NCBI GenBank assembly: GCA_965112735.1
Contig: OZ218954.1
Coordinates: 744,001-808,000 of the forward strand
Source: Phaeosaccion multiseriatum
Lineage: Eukaryota > Protista > Ochrophyta, other classes
DNA length: 64,000 bases
Direction: 5' to 3'
Shown: positions 55,415-64,000 of the stretch, one piece after another
Numbering within the stretch: the stretch's first letter is position 1
Layout of the letters: every line of letters begins with the position of its first letter
The notes under the pieces: model-generated
The model's input: only the letters and a program-made list of their open reading frames with translations
What the model was told of the DNA's origin: nothing
Databases searched by the model: none
Position numbers and translations under genes: made by a program

Positions 55415-58400
55415 GTGCGGGCAGTGAGGGTGTTGAAGGCAGCGAGGAGAGAGAGTGAGAGGGAGTGGGGGAGGAGAGGTATAGAGAGTGATAGAGACGC
55501 TACATTTACTCTCCCCACGCATTCACTCACTAACTCACCGCTCGGTGAATACCCCCTCTCTCTCTAGGTCCTGGGCACGATTCCCAGCGGGCTGCCCAAG
55601 TTCGAAATCCCCACTTTCCCCACCGTGAACGACCTCACCTTCAGAGACATGCTCCCACAGCTGCTCGTGCAGGTACGTGCGTGCGTAGGTGTGTGTGCGT
55701 ATGTGCGCCTGTACGTGTGTGCGTGCGTGTGTGCGTGCGAGGGAGGGCATCTGACAGGGTTTTGACTCTCCATCTCCATCTCCCTCCCTCCCTCCCTCTC
55801 TCCCTCCCTCCAGTCGCTGGTAATCGCTGTAATGGTGTACATCATCACCATCACCGTGGCCAAGACCTTCGGTGCCAAGCTCAACTACCGCACCAACGCC
55901 GATCAGGAACTCGTTGCGCTGGGCACCGCCAGCGTGCTCGGCTCCTTCTTCCAGGTCAGTTTCAGCTTCAGTTTCAGTTTGAGTTTGAGTTTGAGTTTGT
56001 GTACCTACGCCCAATTTGAGCGATTACGATGCCCAAAGCCAAGCTTGAGGTCGATGAGGGGGGGGGGAAGGCTTTTTTGCTTTCTTCCTTTTGTGGAGAG
56101 AGGGAGAGAGGGAGAGAGAGGAGGGAGGGAGGGAGAGAGAGAGAGAGAGAGGGAGGAGAGACAGAGGGAGAGAGAGGGAGGGAGGGAGGAGGGAGAGGCC
56201 ACCCACCCGCCCACCCATCCACCCACTCACGCAAACACCTCTCTCACGCACCCACAGTGCTATGCCCCTGCCACCAGTCTAAGCCGCTCCAGCGTGGTGG
56301 AGAGCATCGGAGCCAAGACGCGCTTCCACGCCGTGCCCGCAGTCATGGTGGTGATTCTCACGCTTGTGGCGCTAACGCCGGTGCTCTTCTTTCTCCCCAC
56401 CACGGTGCTCGGCTCCATTGTGGTCATGGGAGTCATCAATATGATTGATTTTAAGGAGTCCAGACGGTAAGATTTCGATGCGATATCGATGCTCCATGTT
56501 AATGGGAGATCATCATCATAGTACTTGACTCGCGTCCCCCGTCTGTGGTCTTGGGTGCCTGGTTCCAGTGTTGACTTGGTGCAGTTGTCCTGACAACCCT
56601 CCCTCCTTCACCTCCTCCTCCAACCCCTCCCCCCTCCCACTCCCAGGCTCTATCACGCGAGCAAGCCCGATTTCATTCTTTGGAACGTGGCCTTTTGGGT
56701 CACACTCCTGGCCGGCGCCACCTACGGCATTGCCGTGAGCGTGGTGGTGTCGTTGATTTGGCTTCTCATGAAGAGCTCGAGGCCGCATACGGCGGTACTA
56801 GGGAGGCTTCCAGGCACCATGACCTACAGGGACGTGCAGGTGAGAGGGAGGAGCCCTCACGTGGTCCTCAACCGTGATGTTGATGTTGATTACCACACCC
56901 TTGAACTTGAGCCTGACGACCCTGACCCTGACGACCCTGACCATGGCCCTGGCCTTGATCCTGACCCTGACTGTTCTTACCTTTGACCCTGACCCTGACC
57001 CTGACCCTGACCTTGACCCTGACCCTGACCCTGACCCTGACCCCGAGCCCTGTTCTGACTGTTGGCTCTGTTCTGACTGTTGGCTCTGTTCTGACTGGCC
57101 CTGATGCTGACCCCTGACGACTGCATACCCTTGACCTTGACACTCACCCTGACCCTCCCTTTGACTCCTCCTGTGTGATGCTCCCGCCTTGTGTAGCGCT
57201 TCCCTATGGCAAAGGAGGTACCCGGCATCAAGGTGAGTCCTACCTCCTCCCTCCCTCCATCTCCCTCCTCCCTTCCTCCAACTCCCTCCTCCCTCCCTCC
57301 ATATCTCTCCTCCCTCCCTCCCTCCCTCCCTCCCTCCAACTCCCTCCTCCCTCTCTCCATCTCCCTCCATCTCCCTCCATCTCCCTCCTCCCTCCCTCCC
57401 TCCACCCTCCACTCCCCTCCGTCACCCTCTACCCTCTACCCTCCGAGTCCTCCCGCCACCAACTACCCAATTGGCCTTGATCCTCCTCCCTTGACCCTTC
57501 TGCACCAACTACCCTATTGGCCTTGATCCTCCTCCCTTGACCCTTCTGCCTGTCCATGTGCCTCTCCCGTTTTCCTCCTCAAGGTCATTCGCTTCGACGC
57601 CTCGCTGCACTTCGCCAACAAAGACTTTTTCGAGAGCAAGGTAGGCTTACGGGCATATGGGCATGAGGGAGAGAGGAAGAGGCATATGGGCATGAGGGAG
57701 AGAGGAAGAGGCATATGGGCATGAGGGAGAGAGGAAGAGGCATATGGGCATGAGGGAGAGAGGAAGAGGCATATGGGCATGAGGGAGAGAGGAAGAGGCA
57801 TATGGGCATGAGGGAGAGAGGAAGAGGCATATGGGCATGAGGGAGAGAAGCATAGGAGGACAGAGAGGGAGAAGCATGTGGGACAGAGAGGGAGAGGTAT
57901 ATGGACAGGCATACAGGCAGGCGTTGGCATATGCGTAGGCAGCGAGTGAGAGGCAAGGCATATTGGGCGTACGCGTAGGCCTTCGCTGTGAAGCACCCTC
58001 CCAGCCGATGTGGAGCTCCCCGCCCTCCCAGCTTCAGCGAGCCTCAGCCCTCAGCATTGCACCTCACCCCACTCCTCCCCCTCCCCCCTCCCCCCTCCCA
58101 CCTCCCGACCTCTCCCTCCTTGTGTTCAAAGCTTTTGGCGTTGGAGAAGCGCGGGGCGGGCAGGTCCAAATCAGCGGTGGTCTCTGCCGTGAATAAACCT
58201 CCCCTCGCGCCACCGTCTGGTGCGATCGGCCCATCATCATCATCATCTTCATCATCCGTACTATCCTCAGGGGCCGCGAGCGGTAGTGCGAGTGCTTCAA
58301 GTGTTAGTGATGATGGGAAGGGGAATCGAAGGCCGAATCTCTTCGGTGGGCGCCGAGCGAGACTCACGGAGGGTGGTGGTGGTGGTGGTGGACGTACTGG

Positions 58401-59208
58401 TGGTTCAAGAGCCAGCACTATGGCAATTGGTGGTGGCGGCAAGAGCGTGTTTGACGAGGAAGAGGACCACGACTCTATTGGTGTTGCGGGTGGAGGTGGA
58501 GGTGAAGGTGAAGGTACTACTACTACCACTACTCCTCCTACTACGACGCCGACTGCTGCTACCTCTGCTGCTACTTCTGCGGGTACACAAGGCAAGACAA
58601 CAGCAGCCGGCGGCCTTCCCGACGGTTTCATGTCCACCGCCCCGTCCAGTTCCTCTCTCATCGAGACGTCGGGCCACCCTCTCACGCAGGGGGCCTTCAG
58701 CAGCAGCAGTGTGCCCGAGGCGGAGGCGATGGGGGTGGGGGGGGGTTTAACGCCGACTGATCAGCCTGTGCATACAATTATCATCGACGCTTCATCCATC
58801 AATGACCTCGACTCTTCGGCCATCCGGTGAGGAGGAAGAGGAGGAGGAGGAGGAGGAGGAGGAGGAGGAGGAGGAGGAGGTGGAGGAGGAGGCGGGAGGA
58901 GAAGGAGGAGGAGGGAGGAGGAGGAGGAGGAGGGAGGAGGGAGGAGGAGGAGGAGGAGGAGGAGGGAAGAGAGAAGAAGGGATACTTACTTTGCTACGAA
59001 CTCCCGACTAGAAATCCTCAACGCATCCCAAACTTCGAGCCTGCGCTCCTGTGCTCTGCTGCCTCCACCTGGCTTACCCCTCCCCCCCGTGCCTGTGTCT
59101 TCTCCATCCACTCTCTCACCCCGTCCCCCTGCGGGCATGCGCCCTCTCCTCCCTCCTCCCTCCATCCACTGCCACCCTCTCCCCTGCTATGTGCGTGCAT
59201 GCATGCCA

Positions 59209-59248
<40 letters not shown>

Positions 59249-60766
59249 CATGCTAATCGCGCTAGTAACTGAGTACCGTGGCCGTGAGATTGAGCTCATG
59301 TTTGCCAATTGGAAGGGGCCTCAGCGAGACCTGCTTGACCTCAGCGGCTTTTACGACCACATCACTGAGGATCACATTTTCCTCTCTCTGCACGACGCCG
59401 TACAAGCGGCTCGCAAGGTGAGCAGTTGGTGATACAGAGGGAGGGAGGGAGGGAGGGAGGGAGGGAGGGAGGGAGACAGAAGAGACAGGGAGGAGAGAGA
59501 GGGGAGGGCGAGACGGGAGAGGCCTAGGTAGTGCGAAACTCAAATCATTGCCGTCCTTCTTCCATCCTTGCATACCTCCCCCCCCCCCCGACCTGGCGAA
59601 GCGGGCGCGCCGTAGTGCAAGCCAGAGTGCCGGGGCGGAAACGCCCCTCCTCGCCAGGCAGGGCGCAGGGGAGGGGGGGGGGGAGGGGGAGGACGGGCAG
59701 AGAGGAAGCGCAAGGACGGAGGCAGCAGGAGCAAGGTTGGGGGGCTGCAGACCCACTCATCTCCCCCCGGGGACAGCAGTGGCGGAGAGGCCAAGAGCGC
59801 TCCCCCGGGGGACCTGTCGTCGGCCTCTGCCCCCCTGGATGTGTCCCGGGGGGACCGTCCAGGGGGGGCCAAGCGAATCGTGGAGATTACCAACTCGGGG
59901 CAGCGTACGTGGAAGGTGAGGATGGCAGTGGATGGGGAGGAGGGCAGGGGAGGGCAGTGGAGAGGAGAGGAGGCAGGAAGGAGCGCACTGCCATTGCCCC
60001 TCTCTTTCTCTCGTCTCTTATCTCTGATGTCTCCCTCCCCCTCTCTTTTGTCTCACCTCTTTCTCTTCTTCTCACTCCCTCCCTCCCTCCCCTCCCCTCC
60101 TCTCCCTCTCTCCCTCTTCCCCTCTCACTCCCTTCGCCTATTCCTACCGTTGGTTTGTTGCCCACTCACAGGTTGGCTACAGCGACTCGACGAACCAACT
60201 GTCCAGTATGGCCAGTCTCGCCAACATGTCCGCCGCTATCGCTATGGAAGACGCATCGCAGGGGGGCGGCAGCAGCAACCGCGGGTGGGTAGATGGGTGG
60301 GTGGAAGGGTGGGTGCGTGGGTGGGTGGAGATGGATGGGTGCGGACCCTGAGCTGACCCTGATCCTGACCCTGACCTGACCCTTACCCAATCTTGTACGA
60401 AGCACGTCTGCATGGACTGATCAATGCCCTCCCTCCCTTCCTCCCGACTCTCGCCTGTTGACGCCCTCCTTTCGACTCACTCCCACCACCACCACCACCA
60501 CCACCACCACCCCCACCATCACCACCACTACCACCACTACCACCACCAGCAGGGTTGGAGAGCAAAACACATTGAACCGAACGGAGGACGAGGACACCGA
60601 CCTTGAGCTTGGGGATGGGGATGGCAATGTGGGACTTGGGCTAGAAGCGGAGAGCGGGCGGCAGGGGAGGGCCCGCAGCAGCTTGTCTCTTTCACCAGGA
60701 CTTGGGCCCCTCGGATCGCCCCACCCAATCAACCCCATCTTGCAACTCTCGGACACGATTGAGTGA
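52009..60766 (+). CDS. SulP/SLC26 anion transporter with STAS domain
   Basis: ADLASG...[58 protein letters not shown]; [16 protein letters not shown]...[15 protein letters not shown]...IFLSLHDAV. In-phase exons run from ATG 52009 to TGA 60766. Confidence 0.93.
56910..57160. repeat. (CCCTGA)n telomere-variant-like hexamer array; related arrays at 11528-11632 (TCAGGG) and 60347-60385
   Basis: Direct reading. Confidence 0.9.
57652..57850. repeat. 29 bp minisatellite x~7 (GGCATATGGGCATGAGGGAGAGAGGAAGA)
   Basis: Direct tandem copies in a SulP intron. Confidence 0.95.
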
Positions 60767-60847
60767 GGGAGTGGGTGAATGGGTGGGTAGATGGGTGAGA
60801 GTGGGTGGGTGGATAAGTGGGTGGGTGGGTGGGTAAGTGAGTGAGTG

Positions 60848-60939
<92 letters not shown>

Positions 60940-61631
60940 CGGTCTTGTGTATATGTAGCGATGTTGTGTATCGAAGGCGAAGTCACGGGCACGTGTTGTT
61001 CCAGTTTAGTGAGCGAAAGACCCCATCAATGCAGAGGCTACCTGTTCACGCCCCTTCACCCCTCTTGCCCCTACCCTACCTGACCGAGCCTTCAGCCCCA
61101 GTCGACTCTCCTTTGTCCTTGCTCAACCCGGCCCGATCCTTCCCGAACTGTTCGGCCCTAACTCGGGCCCCTTTCGCTGCTGCCAAGGTCGTGTGTGGTC
61201 GTGTGTGCGGCTTACGCCGACCGCTGAGGGGGCTGAGCGAGCCGACGGAGCCTGTCGCTCTTGACACCAGCCAGCCAGGCCGAACACGTTGATGCTACTC
61301 TGTCTCTCTTCTCCAACTGGGGACCCATGAACGCTGTTGGGGAACCATCCTTAGAAGTCGGATGACGAGGACGGAAGGTTTGAAGGAAGTCCATTCTCCT
61401 CCAACTCCTTCTTGTCACTCAACCGTTCATTCGTGCATCATGCACGCTAGGAGGGAGGGAGGGAGGGAGAGGGACTTGCGGCAGCCTCTCTCTCTCTCAC
61501 TCACGCACACACGCACGCACTCACATTTTAAAATTATCCCCATTATGCGCACATGACCTGAGACCCGCCTGTATCACCAACTGACGTGAAGTTTTGGATC
61601 TCACGGAACAAATGGATACGTCGTACGTGTA

Positions 61632-61847
61632 GACGAAGTGCGACTTCCAATGGACAAGTGAGCCGTACCACCAACGGCCCTACCACCAACGGAGAGTCGA
61701 GATACGTGTAGTTAGCTTGCCTTTCTGCAGCTGCTATTGCTGCTCCTCTCCTCCTCCCCCCCCTCCTTGCTTTTTAGAGAGAGGTGAGCCTGTGAGCCGC
61801 AAGCCACGCCCCTTCCTCCCTCTCTCTGGACTTTCTTTCTCAGCTTT

Positions 61848-61892
<45 letters not shown>

Positions 61893-62266
61893 TTATTGTC
61901 CTGTTTGAGGGAAACCCCCACATGTACATCTAATTGCTACTACGAAGTATATAAAAGCAGTCCAATAAACCTGCCTCCTTAGCTCCGTAGGGGTAAACAC
62001 ACTGAAACTGGAACTGAATCGATCGACAGACGATCAACTGGACTCGGTCGGGCTCAGACAGACGCAGAAGCTTGCACCACCACCAACGGGTACCCCAACA
62101 TGGGGGACCCAACATGGGGGGCTTGGCGTGTGCTGCCTTGGACAAGGTCCATTGGAAAAGGTCCAGCACCCATAACGTGAACCCTGGGGACTCAGTCATG
62201 GACTGCGAGGGACCGTAGGGCCGTTGGTGGTACGGCTTATTTGTGCACTGGAAGTCGCACTTCGTT
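61632..62266. mobile_element. Putative ~635 bp non-autonomous DNA element with ~51 bp imperfect terminal inverted repeats and possible TA target duplication
   Basis: 61633-61683 versus the reverse complement of 62215-62265: 4 mismatches, inner 23 bp perfect. TA lies symmetrically one base outside each repeat. Confidence 0.6.
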
Positions 62267-63583
62267 TATTGCCCTCGCCAACGAGGTTCGCAGGCCCACG
62301 CCCTCTTCGAACTTCACCCCGTTATGGAGCATTGGGCTCCACCATCTCGCTGCGATAGATGGATACACGGATAGACAGGCAGAGGAAGTAGTAAGACAAG
62401 TATTATACATACCACACATATACATGTCTGTGGCGAATCGCTGCCATAAGCTGCCATCGACCCTTATGACCCACCTGGCACCTTGCGTCCGTGCTCGTGA
62501 AGCATGTCCGTTCCTTTGTTGATGAGGCCCGCGTCTCTTTCAAGGCCCGCTGTGTACGCCACGGTCGTGAGCATCACCTGCAACGGTTGGTGGTACAACA
62601 GCAGTAGCAGCAGCAGTTGGTGATACAGATAAGCCGCGGCAGCTGACGACGCAGCAGACGCAGTAGCAGCAACAGTTGGTTATACAGGCGTGACAGTCTC
62701 ACTTCCTCCCTTCACTGACCTCAAGATTGTGGTAGTTGGCAGCAAACCCCATGTCCCCCCTCCAGGCGTCGGGATGCATGACCCAGGGGGTCCAGAACTT
62801 GTACAGCAGATCTGTGTGGAGCACGTAGCCATCGCCTGCGCGGTCCTTGCCGGCCACCTGTTCAGTTTCAGTTTCAGTTTCAGTTTCAGTTCATTTGAGC
62901 TTGTCTAGACCTTGCACCCGCCAGTGATCGATGATTGCCAATCAAGAGGTCGGGAGGGTCATACCCCCTCCCTCCCTCTCCTTCCTCTCTCCCTCTCCTC
63001 CCTCCCTCCCTCCCTCCCTCTCTCTCTCTCCCTCCCTCCCTCCCCTCCCTCTCTCCCTCCTCTCCCTCCCTCTCTTTCCCTCCCTCCCTTCCTGCCTCCC
63101 CTATTGAACGCACTCTTACCATCTTGCCGAGAGGGCCCAGGAAGGCGTTAAAAGGCCCCAGGAGGGACTTGACTGACATGGAGAAGCCTGGCCAGAACAC
63201 GGGAACGGGGTCGAGCCGGAACGCGTCGCCTATGTGCTTGTAGCTCTGGCACAAGAAGTGAATAGAAGGAGGGAGGAGGACAGGCCAGGGAGAAGCGGGG
63301 GTGGTGTTGGTGGTGGTTAGGGTTAAGTTACTGGGGAGGAAAAAACAGGAGGAAGAGGAGGAGGAGGAGAAGAAGAAGGAGAGCATGGAGAAGGAGAAGG
63401 AGCGAGGGGGGCGACGAGCAGGAGATGTAGCAGCAGAAGCAGCAGCTGTAGTAGTAGTAGTAGTAGTAGTAATAGCTTAGAAGTACTAAAAGTAGGAATA
63501 GGAGCAGGAGTAGTCCACCCCCACTTACCGTAGCAACGACGTTTAAAGGGGTAGGCACAATGTCCCCTCTCTGGTAGTAATGC
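62237..63583 (-). CDS. Class-3 lipase, DAD1-like phospholipase A1 (3' exons only; 5' part beyond window or unresolved)
   Basis: Spliced: HYYQRGDIVP...|SYKHIG...YHNLE|VML...RDAGLINKGTDML...KVP|ARWW...NG. This parallels plant PLA1 DIVP, Y.HVG, HNLE, RD.ALVNK..D.L and VP..WW motifs. Confidence 0.8.
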
Positions 63584-64000
63584 CTGCATCGAGGAGAGAA
63601 GCAGGAGGAGGAGGAGGAGGAGGAGGAGGAGGAGGAGGAGGAGGAGGAGGGAGGAAGAGCAGGAGGAGGAGGGGGAGGAGGAGGAGGAGGAGGAGGAGGA
63701 GGAGGAGGAGGAGGAGGAGGAGGAGGAGGAGGAGGAGGAGGAGGAGGCGGCAGAAGGGGGGTCAAGAGAGACCAAGATGGGGCCACAGTAGTAGTGCTAG
63801 AAGAGCAGCAGTAGCAGCAGTTGGTGATACAGTAGAAGTCACAGACAATGACTGACTACTGCGTAATCTTCTAGCCTGGTGCCGAGCTACTACCCTAGCA
63901 CGGCACCATCACACACTTTACTCTACTCTGCCCTTATTACTCTACCCTTGACGTACTCTACCCTGCCCCATCACATACCCTATCCTACTCTACACACCTG

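Noticed and set aside
59602-59700. Apparent frameshift in a poly-G run of the SulP 3' region
   Set aside because: An in-phase acceptor at 59657 (CCAG|GCA) restores the frame without any frameshift.

Overview
Gene-dense, intron-rich eukaryotic nuclear DNA, most likely from a photosynthetic stramenopile (ochrophyte) alga. The evidence is a bipartite plastid-targeting peptide on an LPA3-like gene, GT-AG introns packed with microsatellites, and no prokaryotic features. Manual splicing resolves about 12 genes: Pescadillo/NOP7 (5' truncated), a C2H2 zinc-finger protein, a coiled-coil hypothetical protein, a P4-ATPase flippase, an intronless CHASE-domain hybrid histidine kinase, CreA, a MAPEG protein, a kinesin-7-like motor, a tandem C-type-lectin membrane protein, an LPA3/DUF1995 protein, a SulP/SLC26 transporter and a DAD1-like phospholipase A1 (5' outside the window). 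The most unusual signal is non-coding. The 11-mer GTTGGTGATAC occurs exactly about 23 times on either strand. It sits repeatedly at intron position +9, appears as its reverse complement near acceptors, brackets one whole intron, is inserted in frame into CAG tracts of exons, and resembles the inverted repeat of a MITE-like element. Two further polarised dispersed motifs and complementary microsatellites at opposite intron ends suggest an intron-definition or structure code, or a motif-spreading mechanism. Several small inverted-repeat elements are also present. All gene models are hand-derived and unverified by RNA data.
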